A DNA stretch of 64,000 bases from Bilabrum cf. latius (Eukaryota): assembly GCA_965178125.1 (NCBI GenBank), contig OZ237737.1:372001-436000 (forward strand), read 5' to 3'. A model generated the notes under the pieces. It did not search any database. It worked only from the letters and a program-made list of their open reading frames with translations, and was not told where the DNA came from. This document shows positions 38,053 to 51,059 of this stretch, in pieces. How positions within the stretch are numbered: the stretch's first letter is position 1; each line of letters begins with the position of its first letter. The position numbers and the translations under genes are program-made.

Positions 38053-41000
38053 TCATTCAGTCTGGTACACCACGTCCTAGATCGGCTCGATCGAAGGGCC
38101 CACCTCCTCGCTCCCGAGCTCAAAGGTGATGGAAGCGGCCTTGGAGTCGAAGCTGTCGGGCGTAGAGAGACGCACGGTGTGCTTGCCGTCTTGCCCCCTG
38201 CCCAGCGGAAAGCTAAAGTAGGCCACCTTGGTCCCGCGGCCGAGCCCGATCGCCGACATCATGCCCTGGGAGTACACCTCGAAGGTGAGGGTCGCCACCT
38301 CTGGCACGCGCAGTTCGAGCGTCTTGCTGTTGTCCTTGAAGGTGGCCACACCGTGCTTAACCGATGCTTTCGGGGACTTCCACTTGGTCTTGTCCTTGGG
38401 ACATCCGTGCAGCCATGCCTGCAGCTGGGTCTTCTTGACCTTGCTGCCGAGCGAGTCGAGGCCGTGCAGTGCCAGGATCCTAACGGTCCGCTTGCTCCTC
38501 ACCGCGAGGTTCTCGCCCTTGAAGGAGAAGCCCTCCAGCATCTTGCTCGAGTCCAGCAGGTGCTCGGGCTTGAGCTGGTAGCCCCCCGTTCCTAGGAAGA
38601 AGCCCTGGTTGGTCTGCACGCCCTAGGCGTTGGCCGGGTGGCCAGTCCGGTAGTTCTGCGCGTTCATGGCTACGATCTGGATGCCGAGCAGCCACAGCTC
38701 CGCAGGGTCATAGTTGGCCGACCTGATCGCCAGGGCGTGAGGGTACACGCGCAATAGGTGTTCCCTTGCATACGCGATGATATCCACGGGGTTCTTCTAG
38801 GCCATCCTGATGATCTTCTTGTTGTTGAAGGAGTGCGACACAGGGCGGTCGCCCAGCTCCCAGCTATCCTTCTTCTTCTTTTGGTTGGGGATGGCAACCA
38901 GAGCCTTCAAATCTTCCTCCATGGGCGGCTTGTTCTTGTGCTTGCGGCTGTCGGCCTGAGTGGCCGACTCCACCGAGGTGCCAGCGGTTGCACTGCCCCT
39001 GAGTGCTCGGCTCTGCATCAGCGCCATGCTCGGTGGCGCTTCACTCGGTGGCGCATCGACGCTCAGCATTGGGATCTACTCATTGATCTTGCCCTCCATC
39101 TCGTCCTTGATCTTGCCCTCCACCTCATCCTCCTCTTCGGCCTTGATCTTGCCCTCCATCTCGTCCTCCACCTCATCCTCCATCTCGTCCTCCTCTTCGG
39201 CCTCCACCTCATCCTCCTCTTCGGCCTCCACCTCATCCTCCTCTTCGGCCTCCATCTTGCCCTTCATCTCGTCCTCCACCTCATCCTCCTCTTCGGCCTC
39301 GATCTTGCCCTCCATCTCGTCCTCCACCTCATCCTCCTCTTCGGTCTCGATCTTGCCCTCCATCTCGTCCTCCACCTCATCCTCCTCTTCGGCCTCCACC
39401 TCATCCTCCTCTTCGGCCTCCACCTCATCCTCCTCTTCGGCCTCCACCTCATCCTCCTCTTCATCATCCTCCTCTTCGGCCTCGATCTTGCCCTCCATCC
39501 CATCCTTCACCTCATCCTCCTCTTCGGCCTCCACCTCATCCTCCTCTTCGGCCTCGATCTTGCCCTCCATCTCGTCCTCCACCTCATCCTCCTCTTCGGC
39601 CTCGATCTTGCCCTCCATCTCGTCCTCCACCTCATCCTCCTCTTCGGCCTTGATCTTGCCCTTCATCTCGTCCTCCACCTCATCCTCCTCTTCGGCCTCC
39701 ACCTCATCCTCCTCTTCGGCCTCCAGCTTGCCCTCCTCTTCGGCCTTGATCTTGCCCTCCATCTCGTCCTCCACCTCATCCTCCTCTTCGGCCTTGATCT
39801 TGCCCTCCATCTCATCCTCCACCTCATCCTCCTCTTCGGCCTCCACCTCATCCTCCTCTTCGGCCTCCAGCTTGCCCTCCTCTTCGGCCTTGATCTTGCC
39901 CTCCATCTCGTCCTCCACCTCATCCTCCTCTTCGGCCTTGATCTTGCCCTCCATCTCATCCTCCACCTCGTCCTCCTCTTCGGCCTCCACCTCATCCTCC
40001 TCTTCGGCCTTCACCTCGTCCTCCTCTTCGGCCTCCACCTCGTCCTCCTCTTCGGCCTTGATCTTGCCCTCCATCTCGTCCTCCTCTTCGGCCTCCACCT
40101 CATCCTCCTCTTCGGCCTCCACCTCATCCTCCTCTTCGGCCTCCATCTTGCCCTCCATCTCGTCCTCCACCTCATCCTCCTCTTCGGCCTCCACCTCATC
40201 CTCCTCTTCGGCCTCCACCTCATCCTCCTCTTCGGCCTCCATCTTGCCCTCCTCTTCGGCCTTGATCTTGCCCTCCATCTCGTCCTCCACCTCATCCTCC
40301 TCTTCGGCCTCCACCTCATCCTCCTCTTCGGCCTCCACCTCATCCTCCTCTTCGGCCTCCACCTCATCCTCCTCTTCGGCCTCCACCTCATCCTCCTCTT
40401 CGGCCTCCACCTCATCCTCCTCTTCGGCCTCCACCTCATCCTCCTCTTCGGCCTTGATCTTGCCCTCCATCTCGTCCTCCATCTCATCCTCCTCTTCGGC
40501 CTTGATCTTGCCCTCCATCTCGTCCTCCACCTCATCCTCCTCTTCGGCCTTGATCTTGCCCTCCATCTCATCCTCCACCTCATCCTCCTCTTCGGCCTCC
40601 ACCTCATCCTCCTCTTCGGCCTTCACCTCGTCCTCCTCTTCGGCCTCCACCTCGTCCTCCTCTTCTTCCGTCGGCTGAACCAGGTTGCCATCTTCTCCTG
40701 CGACGGGCAGAGGGACGCCCGGCTTGTCGCGGATCACCACCTTGCCCCTCAGCTCATCGGGGCTCGGGAACTGGCGGGGCCGCGGGTTCGGCGGAACGTA
40801 CAGCATGTCGCCGAGCTCCGTCTTCAGGATCTCGGCCAGAGTCTTCTGTCCTTCAGGGGAGCAGTGGTCCTCCAGAGTCAAGATCAGAGGGAGGTCAGAG
40901 TACCGCTCGTTTTCAGGGTTGAATGCCCACTGCTTGATCGTCTTGATCCCATCGATAAACAGAAATTTTCCGGTAGGAGCTAGCCCATGCTTGACCTCAG

Positions 41001-41337
41001 GCCCGTCTGGTCCATCGTACACGTCGTACTCGATCACCTTGAAGCCCAGCCGCAGCAACCTCTCGATCGCCCCTGTGCTGGTGGTGCCCTTGAGTTGGCC
41101 TCCGTCCAGGTAAGAATTGTGCGACGACGAGACAAAGTAGTGGGACAGCGGTTGAGACAAATCTTGTTCTACATTCGATGGGAGAAGGGTATCCAGATTC
41201 GGCTCTGGTGGAGTGCCATGAGCCTGGGCTGCTCCGCGGACCCCGGCGGCACTGAGCACCTTCTGCTGGGCCTCCTCGCGACGCGCTGATACGCAGAGTG
41301 CCGCAGAAATGGCCATCATGTATAATGCTGAAATCAT
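38053..41337 (-). CDS. Phosphoinositide-specific phospholipase C, tandem copy B, with ~530-aa acidic repeat in the X-Y linker (1094 aa)
   Basis: Near-identical to copy A outside the linker. TAG at 39076, 38797, 38623 and 38077. Same C-terminus (DVVYQTE, TGA). Confidence 0.9.
39079..40669. repeat. Coding minisatellite of 24-bp (EEEDEVEA) units mixed with EDEMEGKIKA variants
   Basis: About 1.6 kb of ctcatcctcctcttcggcctccac / gatcttgccctccatctcgtc units, frame-preserving. Confidence 0.95.
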
Positions 41338-41573
41338 TGTGTCCAGGTAGTCAAAGTGCGGTTTTCGGTCGATGCCGGGCTTCTCCCGAGCACGAATCGC
41401 ACGCTGGCTCTCTGCCGTCTGCTTCCGTCGCTTTATTAAAAAATTAGCGGAACAATGCTTTTGCGCGGCGCCATGTGGTTTACGTATGCCTGTTGCGAGT
41501 ACTTTCATCACAAAGTCGGGGCTATCCATACTGAATCTGCTGGCGGGGGATCCGCGGCAACTCTGCATTCACG

Positions 41574-44500
41574 ATGGAGGATCAGGACTTATTTGATGAT
41601 TTGGCAAAGATGGAGGAGGAAATGGGCATTGCCGCGCCCGAGCCTGCGGCTGCGTCACGCAAAAGGTCTCGTAAGGACCGCGATTCTAGCTCAGGCGGGG
41701 ATTCAAATGGCTCGGCGGCTCATGGAGGCAAGGCAGGTAGTGGAATAGGAGATATTGAAGCTACTGGGGGCGATGATGAAGACGATCGCGACGCGCGGTC
41801 GCCCAGCGGGAACGACACACAGCCCCGAAGAAAGAAGAGCAGGAAAGGCAGCATCGCCGATGCTGGGGACTCAGACAACGACGAAGACAACAGCGGCGAT
41901 GATTCAGACGATGACAATGAAGCAATTGCCGCCATGTTGGGTGGGAATCGCAAGAAAGCGAAGAAGAAGAAGAAAGGCAAAGCCCGAAAGCGCAAGTCCA
42001 TGGAGCAAATAGAGCGTGAGCGCCAGAGGATCCTGAGGAATTACGTCGATGATGCTGCTGTCGAAGAAGACGACAACGCAGTGCAGCGTACGACAGAAGA
42101 GGAGAAACGAGCCACGGAGGAGGCATACAGACGGGTGAGCTCTTCATCTATAAGAATTCGGCCGATGACCGCACACACGAGCAAGCAGCGAAATAGGCGA
42201 CCATATCACGTCGTTGCTTCTATTCATTCTAATTTCACTCTTCGCAGATTCGCGCCGAGAATGACGCCCGGCGAAAATCGGCGCTCGAGCAGCGTGACGT
42301 GCACGAGATCGTGGCCGACCTTCAGCGACGCGAGAAGGAATCGGGGTACATCGCCAACACGTACGACGATGACGTCATGGACGGCGCGCAGGCGGGCGGG
42401 CAGGTCGTGGAACTGAGGCAGGCCGAGCTGCCCACCACCCGGGACCCCAAGCTCTGGCACGTCAAGTGCAAGGACGGCGCCGAAGCGGAAGTGCTCGCGG
42501 CGATCGCCAACAAGTTTCAGCAAGCCATGGCTGCGGGCAGAGCCCCGGGCATCTTCTCGGCCCTCAGCTCCCGCAAGGGAGCTATTTTTGTGGAGGCGTA
42601 CCGAGAGGCCAACGTGAAGCAGGCTCTCGAGGGCGTGACCAATGTGTACGCGTGGCGACCGGGTGGGATCAAGCTGGTGCCCATGCCAGACATGCCCAAC
42701 GTGCTCAACGCCGCCATCAAGAAGCAAAAACTGAAGAAGGGTGTGTTTGTGAGGGTGGCGCGAGGCATGTACAAGGGCGACTTGGCGCAGGTCCTCGATC
42801 TGACAGATGGGGGCGCGCAGGCCACTGTCCGCATGGTGCCCCGGCTTGACATGCATGCTCTGTCCATGACTGATGAACAGAAGAAGATGATGACGAAAAG
42901 GCGGAGAGGAATCCGCGCCCCCCAGCGCTTCTTTGACCTGGAGGAAATCCGGGCCGCCTCGCAGGGGCCCGTGGAAGTGCAGGACAGGAGGATGCCTCGG
43001 CTGGGGATCGTGGCTGATCTCTTCAAGGGGGAGACCTACCACGGCGGATTCTTGATCAAGAGCGTTAAGGTGGACTACCTCACCCAACAGGGAGCGGACC
43101 CCACACTGGACGAGATGCAGCAATTCAAGCCAAGGGGCGAGGAAGAGTCGGGGGCCGCGGGAGGCGCAGGCAGCGGGCTAGCCTCGGCGACGGAGCGCCA
43201 GTGGAGGTCCCAGATCGGCAGGGGTTTAGGAGGATCTACCAAGCGAGCGGCTGCGGCAGCCGCGAAGATAGTCGCGGGCGACCAGATCGTGGTCGTCTCT
43301 GGCGACCTGCAGGGTCTGGAGGCCAAGGTCATCTCGGTGGAGGCCACGCGCGGCTCTCTGCTGGTCCGCCCCTCTCGAGAGATGAGGGCACAGGTGGGCT
43401 TTTCTGACGACGTGGAGGTCGCGATGGAGGAGGTCAGAAAGAACGTAAAGATGGGAGACCACGTCAAGGTGGTAGGCGGCACGTACGAGGGCGAGACTGG
43501 CACCGTGGCCATCGTCGGTCCCGAGGAGCGAGAGGACGGCTCCTTTGGCAGCGAGTGGCAGGCGGTTCTGATGCTGGACGGCAGCAGGCGCGAGGCCAAG
43601 GTGAACGTGAGGGACCTGCGCAAGACGGCAGAGGTGGCCAAGGGGCTCGAGTCTCTGGACGGGTTCAAGCTGGGTGACCTGGTGACGCTCCCCACGGGTG
43701 CCGCTGGGAGGCCGCAGGCGGGCGTGGTCGTGCAGGTGGGGCGCACGCACCTGCAGGTGCTGCTGTCCTCGGACAACGTGCAGAGCCTACCGCCCTCTCA
43801 GCTGCGTCCGCACCGCGCCTCCCGCGTCGGCAGCATGGACCAGAACATGCGCCACGTCTCTGTCAGGGACGTGGTTCGCGTCATCGAGGGGCCACACAAG
43901 GGCGAGGACGGCACGGTGAGGCACATCCTCAACGGCGTGCTCTTCCTGCACTCGCACAGGCGGACTGATCGGGGCGGGTACTTTGCGGTGCGTTCCCAGG
44001 GGACGGTGGTGGCAGGCGAGAGCCAGCACGCTGGTGCTGGCGGAGTGCTCATGGGCATGGTGGCCGATGCGTCGCGCACCAGCGGGCTGGGCGGGCTGCA
44101 GACTGGTATGCTCGGGGGCGGTGGGCGCGGGCGCGGCAGGGGGCGGGGGCGCGGGCGCGGCAGCGGGCTCATTGGCCAGACCGTGCGTATCTCCACGGGA
44201 ATGTACCGGCGCAAGATCGGCGTGGTCAAGACCGAAGCCGGCGACATCCTGTCGATCGAGCTGCACAGCGGGCAGAAGAAGGTCAGGGCGAAGAGGTCAC
44301 AGGTGCAGGTGGTCGGGGACCGGAACGGCAGGGTGGGAGGCGACATCCTTGCCAACGCGCAGTACGCCGGGGCGGGTGGGATGGGCGCCGGCTTCCCTGG
44401 GATGCCGAGCGCGACCGGTTTTGGAGCGCCTGGGATTGGTGGAGCCACACCCGCCATCGGAGGAGCCACACCTGCGATCGGAGGAGCTACCCCGGCGATC

Positions 44501-45220
44501 GGCGGCGCGACACCCATGGCAGGTGGCGCGACGCCCATGGCAGGCGGCGCCACTCCGGCGTATGGCGGCGCGACGCCGGCGTACGGGGGTGGTGGGGCCA
44601 CTCCTGCCTACGGCGGTGGAGCAACACCGGCCTATGGAGGAGCCACGCCCAAGTATGGCGGTGGCTCAGACACGCAGGCATGGCAGCCAACTGCATTCAG
44701 CAGTTCTGCTGCGAGTGGGGGTCTCGGCGGAGGTGATGGTGATGACGACGATGAGGATGAGTTTGCGAGCGCGCAGAGGGCCATGGACGACGCGGGCGGG
44801 GAGGGCGGGGAGGGCGGGCTTTCAGCCGCTGCTGCTGTTTCTTCCCAGGGCGTTGCGGGCGGCGGCGAGGCGTGGAGGCAGTGGTGCCGGGAGAACGTCG
44901 TAGTGCAGCTGGTCACGGACGCCGCCGAGCAGGCATACGTAGTCGCGCCGCCCCCGCCCGGCTTGACGGGGGATGCTGCTCGGGCCCGCGTGCGCTGGAT
45001 TAAGGGAAGCAAGGTGGGAACCGAAGAAGACGTCGCGATGCATCGATTAGACCGCAAGCGACCGGAGGATTAGGACGATGTGCTGAATTTGGAGAGCGGC
45101 AAGGAAGGCAAGGTGTTCGGCATCGACGAGGACGGTACGGTCGTGGTGCAGATGGGAGATAGCGAATTCGAGAACTCGCACATCGACTCCATGGTTGTGC
45201 TGCACGTTTCAGGTCCGTGA
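41574..45220 (+). CDS. SPT5: Transcription elongation factor SPT5, 2 exons (41574-42134, 42248-45220)
   Basis: Acidic N-terminus, LPTTRDPKLWHVKC, NGN (KGAIFVEA), multiple KOW motifs (GMYKGDLAQV, GDHVKVVGG), GGATP repeats. Reading through TAG 45071 adds the final KOW-like segment before TGA. Confidence 0.95.
44440..44660 (+). repeat. SPT5 C-terminal repeat region, about 10 GGATP(A/M/K)(I/A/Y) units
   Basis: Translated repeats GGATPAI/GGATPMA/GGATPAY. Confidence 0.9.
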
Positions 45221-45368
45221 GCAAGCACTTTGCAGCCTGTGTGCTTCTTGGTGGAAATGATTTGCTGGAATCGAGCGACACTTGGAATCCTGGATTGACG
45301 GGGATGTGAACCTAATTCCAAAACACACTTCAACGCAAATACAAGCCTGCGTCACAAAAACTACTGCA

Positions 45369-48300
45369 TCACTTGCTAGCTCTGCCGGTTTCACGGCTTC
45401 CCGCATCACTGTTGCCATCATCGCGTCCCGGCTCGGCGCTACTGGTGGTGATCGCGGCTCTCCGCACGCCGACCAAGCGCCCGTTCCGAATCTGCCACGA
45501 TACGTCCTGCTTCTGGGCTCGGCGGTCTGCGGCATCATGAAATGCAAGCAGAGGCGATGGTTGCGGCAGCATGTCGCCCCGGCCGGCCCTGCGTGGAGGC
45601 GGTGCTATCCCGTCGGCAGCCATCCTGGCCGTCTCGGCGGCCGCCCGGGATGCCTTGGCCCGGTGCCGAGCTTTCTGCTCGTCCGTCTCCGGTTCTGGGT
45701 CTTCGGCTGTGCGAAGTGGTGCGCCGTCAAGCCCGGGAGCGTTCGTCGCGCGGATGGACTGCAGCGTCTGCTCGAGAGCCGCCAGCCGCTGCTCTGCCTC
45801 ACCGGGTTCCCCCCCGGCTGAAGAGGGGGCACTTCCACCGCCCCGGCCACGGCTGCTCCCCCCACCCGCTGCAGCAGTCGCCAAGGTAGAACCCGTGTTG
45901 AGGATATGGTCGGGACGCAGCAGGTATGCCCCGGACACCGGTGCTCGCTTCCTGGAAGCAGGTGCTCCAACGCTCGCACGGCTTTGCCTTGCAACAGAGC
46001 TGCCAGCAGACGCCCTTGTCTTATCTAGACGTTGCGATCTAGCTAAAGCCTTGTTTGTTGCAGCAGCCGGGGTATGACTAGACTACCTGCCCAATGGTGG
46101 CCGCCCAGACTGAGCAGGCGAGGTAGGCTCCTCTGCAGTATCAGCGGGTGCCTTCATGCCAGCGGTCTTCTTTTTTCGTCCCCCTCGGGCCCGCGTCTTT
46201 CCTTTGGTCCGCTTCTTGGACTTGCGGAGGGCTGCATTGTCCGCGCGAAGCTGGGCCGCTCGAGACACCGTCTGCTTGATGCGTTTACCATCGGCGGCAG
46301 ACAGCGAACCCTCCTGCATGAGCCTTTCGGGCAGGGACCCGTCTTCAACTCTCATGCGATAGCTCTCCAGATCGATCCCCGCTTTCGCTTCCTCTGCAAG
46401 CTTCTTGGCCCTCGCCATGTCCTTAGACTTCCCTGCGGCAGTGGCAGCGCCAGCCCTTCCCGAGGCGGATGCTGACCCGTCGCGGCCGCCAGCGCCAGCA
46501 CCACCGGCACGTGAGCGGCGAGCGGCGGCCTCCCGCCGCTCCTTGCGTTTCTGCGCCTCCCTTCCATCCAACCCTCGCTCCACATCGCGAGCAAACTTGC
46601 TCACCCCACGCACCATCCCGCCCTAGATGTCTTTGCCCACCTGCTGCGCCGCGTTGGATATCGCCTCCTGCGCCTCGTCGGATATTTTCACCACGCGCCG
46701 AGCCAATTTGCGGATCACCTGTTGCCTGCTCAGCACTTGCTTGGACTTGCTAGCGTTATTCTTCGTCACGCGAAGCGTCTCAATGCCTCCGCTCACTTCC
46801 CACGGCAAAGGTATGTACCGCCGGACAGTCCGGCCCACGCCAGTACCGCTAGTTACCGTCTCTGTGGCCTCCTCCCCGCCCCTCTTGCCAGCCAGCTCGT
46901 GTCTCCTCGTCTCCTCCTCGAACTCACCGATCGTAGAGGAAGATCCCGCTCGAGTCAGCCGAACGGCGAGCTAGGACCCGATGGTGCTGTTGCGCGCGCG
47001 CCCGCCGCCACCGGCCCACGACCCCAGCTCGGAGGATATATCGGATTGCACGGTATCGCGCGCTACTGCAGATGCATGCCGATGCACGGAAGCGGCGTCC
47101 CTACCACGCTGCAGCGCATCCAAACCGAAACTCGGCGCGGACTCGGAGTGATGCAGTGTGTCTGCTCGCTTGTTGCCCTTGGTGGTCGCTCGAAGGAATT
47201 GCCCGGCCGCATGAGACGCGCTGTGCTGCTTCTTGCCAGCTAGCGCGCGCTCCACCAGACCAGACCGCTACCTGGTGTCGAAAGCAACCGTGAGCGGTTT
47301 GGTGCGCGTGCGAGTGACGAGCAGTGCCTGGGCCCGAGGCACTTTAGCGGCCGCACCTACCGCCTGATGCTTCTGCTGCTGCTGCTGCTACCCGTTGCCA
47401 GCGCTGATCCCAGCTCCTCCCTGGTCGTCAGACGGCTGCTGCGGCTACTAGCTGGCCAGAAGCTGCAGGGGCTTGTACGCTGGGTTGAGAAGGGCAGCAG
47501 CGGCCTTTGCTCTGCCATCCACCGCCTCAGCTTCAGGCTGCACGTTACCCGTGCCACCGGCCGCATGATTCCTATGCTGTTCCTTGGTCTTCTTCTTCTC
47601 CGCTGCTTGCTGTTCCTGCCTCGCCTCTCTCTGCGCGCTCTCCAGCAGGTTGGCCTTCACCGCTTGGGGGAGAATGTCGCCAAGCGGAAGTGTCCTCAGA
47701 ATCTCCACGTTACCAACCTCGATGTACCCCAGCAGTTTTTGCTCCTTTTTGGTCATGCTCGTGTCGAAATCCACGGCAGCTTTCATCGCCTCTTCCCGAA
47801 TGAACTTCCTCGTTTTGATCGCTGCCTTGGTGCGACGAAGCGTCGCATCCACAACCGATTCCTTCCGCGGCTTGCCGCTGGGGCCACCAGTGCCTTTGCG
47901 CGACGTCCGCATCTGGTCGTCTGCTCGCGGTCCAGGCGCGCCTGGTTCGTCCTGTAACACAGTCTCTGCCAGCCCACCGAGCGAGCTCCCTACCTAGTCG
48001 CCCGTCTGCCGCATCCTATCGTCCTGCTCCGTGCCCGCCCCCGGTAGCCCGGCAAACTGCTGGACGATCCGTTCTGTAACCTCCCTAGGCAGAGGAATCT
48101 CGTCGGGGAAATACTTGGAGTACAGCCGCAGCACCGCCACTGGCGTCATATCGGAACCAGTCACTAGCCGCACCACAACGAGGATCAGGCGTAGCTTTAG
48201 CTGCGGCGTGTACAGCTGCCGCGACCCGGGCAGGCAGTAAAAGTACGCGAGAAAGGCGGACGCTGCTGCCAGGAAGGGCAGGTGATCGAGCAGACGATCC

Positions 48301-49976
48301 CTGTTGACCTTTGTTCCCCGGACGATCGACACGTACAGCTTCGATATGCGCTGCAAGACCATCTCTTGCTGCAGCTAGGGTGCCAAGCCGCTCTCGGAAT
48401 CCCCACCGCCCTCCCCGCTCGCCGCCTTCTCGTCCAATCCTCCAAAGAGCTGAAGGTGAACGAACCAGAAGCACTCCTCGATCAGCTACAGGCACCGCGG
48501 GCGCACAGCCTACGCCAGCAGCTTCGATCGGGTGTACCTGCAATCCATCCTCTGGGCAGCATACACGACCAAGTCATACCAAGGGAGCTGAAGGGGCTTC
48601 CGATCCGTCGCTACAGGTCTCCTGAAGCGATTCGGGTTTGGCGCGCCTTCTCTTCGGAAGGAAGAGCTCCTGCGCCTCGAATGCTGGTCTCCTGGGAAAG
48701 GCCCCTTCTCACCACCTGCTGCCCCTTTGCTCTCGCTTGCCCTGCCGTCCAGCGTGCTGACGAGCTCGTGCGCCATCTGAAGCTTGCCGGGTCGGTCAGT
48801 CGAAGCGACCCCATCCCCCCGACTACTGCCGTCTTCCGGCTCCTCGGGGGGTCCAGGAATGTAATCCAAGTTCTCGGCAAACCGGCCCAGGGATGTGGTT
48901 GCAACCGCATGCAGCGCATCTCTCTTCATCAGGATTGCCTGCAGGTGGGCGGGACTCTCCAGGTGGGGCAGGGCGATGGCAGGCACGGTGCACACGCTCG
49001 ACCTCCTCGTTCTCTTGCGAGCAGGCGACCCTCCCTTGCTGCCGCTCTAGTCTCCTCGAAACAGATCGCTTCCTTCTCCATCTCCATTTAAATCGTCATG
49101 GCTATGTCCTCCTTCCTTTTTTCCCTCGCCCTATGCAGTCAAGCCGCCCAACGCGCCCTGCCCGTCAGGTCCGCTCCCGGCATTCCCACTGGATGGCTTG
49201 ACAGGCGCCATGCCGAGGGCTTTCACCTCGTCCTCCAATCTGCTCCTCCAGCTCTGCACTACGGACGCGGCTTTTCCTTCTTCCTCATGGTGTGATCCAC
49301 CGCCAGAGGGACTTGTAGATTTATCGGGCTGCTCCTCTGCTCGCTTGGCTGGGCTGGCGATGGCACTCCCACGCCGGGACTGCGCCGCCGCAGAGGTCGC
49401 GGACGAATCGGACCTCGGCTTGCCTGTGCCCCCAGAGGCCGCGCCCGCGGTCACTTGAAGAAGAAATTGGGTCCCAAATGCTCCTTTCTGGTCAACAATC
49501 TTGCTAGCCTTGTCTGTGGCGTGCTGGGATAGGCCGGGCAGAGTTAGCAGTCGCATTCCGTCCAGTAGCTGTTGCCTGTGCGAAGTACCAGGGTCACCCC
49601 GGCCCCGGTTTGTCTGCGTGGATTGAAGCGCTGATCTTCCTTTCCCTCTCCTGTACGCCTCAAACAAACCCGTCGCGTGCTTCACACTCGTGAGAGAATC
49701 GCTGGCTGTCGAGTCCTCTCGATTCACCATGATTAACCCAGTGCCGCCCGTTTCGTCCCCACGCTGAACGGCGTTCTCAAAATCTAATTCCCGTTTTCTC
49801 TCTAGATCAAAGTATCGCAGTTTAGTCGTTGTCTCCAAGTCGAATGGCACCGCCCTCCGTCTCGCGAGCGAGGAGAGCCACACCCGCCCAAACCTCTCGA
49901 GGAGTCGCACGGTGGTCTCCCTTGACACGGCTAAGCGCTACATAAGTGTCATCTTTTCATCCTTCCGGCGCTTCAT
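45369..49976 (-). CDS. Large protein (1535 aa) with FAM227/FWWh-like domain
   Basis: Eight ORF-track fragments lie in one frame separated only by TAG, including TAG TAG CCG CAG CAG and TAG (CAG)5. The segment EECFWFVHLQLF..QEMVLQRISKLYV..DHLPFLAAASAFLAYFYCLPGS resembles FAM227. Ends TGA. Confidence 0.75.
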
Positions 49977-50103
49977 GGCCGACTGCAGCTGGAGCAGACC
50001 GAGACAGGCAGTGTTTCCGTTCGCGGTGTTGTGAGGCACGTCGTTGTAGAGCGGAGCCTCACAAACGGATATGCCTTCTCCTGGACACCACATTAGAAGC
50101 ACG

Positions 50104-50589
50104 ATGGCTGCCGAGGGGAGATCGTCGAACAGAGTTGTTTCTGATATGGACGATCATTCCAAGATGAAAGTGAGAGGCGCAAGAAACCAACTGATGCTAA
50201 AGGAGCCCCCCAAGATTTTAAAGCAACTATTGCAAGGACTTTGACCATCTCTGCGTGATAATGCCGACGCGTGCCGCAGGAAAATGCTCATACTTGGATC
50301 AAAGAAGCGTTCGACTCCAGCGAGCACAAAACAGAGAAAGACTAGGCTGCACATATCAAGACGAGGTTCACCGAAACGTACGGTCCGACTTGGCACGTTA
50401 TTGTCGGCGAGGATTTCAAGGCTTAGTTTTCGCATGAATCGAAGACATTTTTCTTTGTGAACAGTGAGTAGGGCGCCTGTTTGCAGGGTTACGTTGCTTC
50501 AGATTCCATTCATATCACTCCAAATCCTGCTGAAACTACTCTCCTTCACCACAGTTGGCAAGACGAATGCGTTGATATGGAGAACATGA
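50104..50589 (+). CDS. Dynein light chain (LC8 family), 3 exons (50104-50169, 50280-50463, 50555-50589)
   Basis: SDM..., EKD*AAHIKTRFTETYGPTWHVIVGEDFKA*FSHESKTFFFVNIGKTNALIWRT. TAG at 50343 and 50424. Absent from the ORF track. Confidence 0.85.
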
Positions 50590-51059
50590 TTTGATTTGTT
50601 AGAATATATATCTACTGTCTGACCTTGCACAGCAGCTGCACTTAGTATCCCGGCAAGTAGGTCTGTGGTCAAGCAACTAATGGGATGGAGTGGAATATCT
50701 GCCGGCACAGTATAACAACGCACTGCGTCTGCAAAATCTTGGATCCATTGTAATCCTGCGGACGACGAAGCGATCCACGATCCACATCATCCCTTGGGGC
50801 GCGAGCCGGACGCCCGCTGCAGGCCCCACCTTGGCTGCATTATGCCTCCACTGGCATCGCCTGTTCCAGGTCAAGCGACCTGCCTATAGAGCACACCCAG
50901 CCCACACCACCACGCTCACGTACCCGTCAACAACACGCAACACAACACAAAGTGTGCACATGACAACACATCCGATGCACATTCACCGGTCCGGAATTGG
51001 AAAAATGATGAGTAGTCTAACGCGTTCCTCGTTCACTCTATTCGCCTAGCGATGCTAGC

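Noticed and set aside
39079-40669. CRISPR-like array
   Set aside because: The units are contiguous coding repeats with no unique spacers and no cas genes.
38758-40983. Long plus-strand ORFs (741 aa Leu/His-rich, 572 aa Ser-rich) and alternative-frame MRWRPKRR ORFs
   Set aside because: These are shadow frames of the acidic repeat within PLC copy B.
50590-51059. Possible small spliced gene or ncRNA between LC8 and RMI1-like genes
   Set aside because: Splice-like signals exist on the minus strand, but I could not build a consistent ORF or recognise an RNA family.
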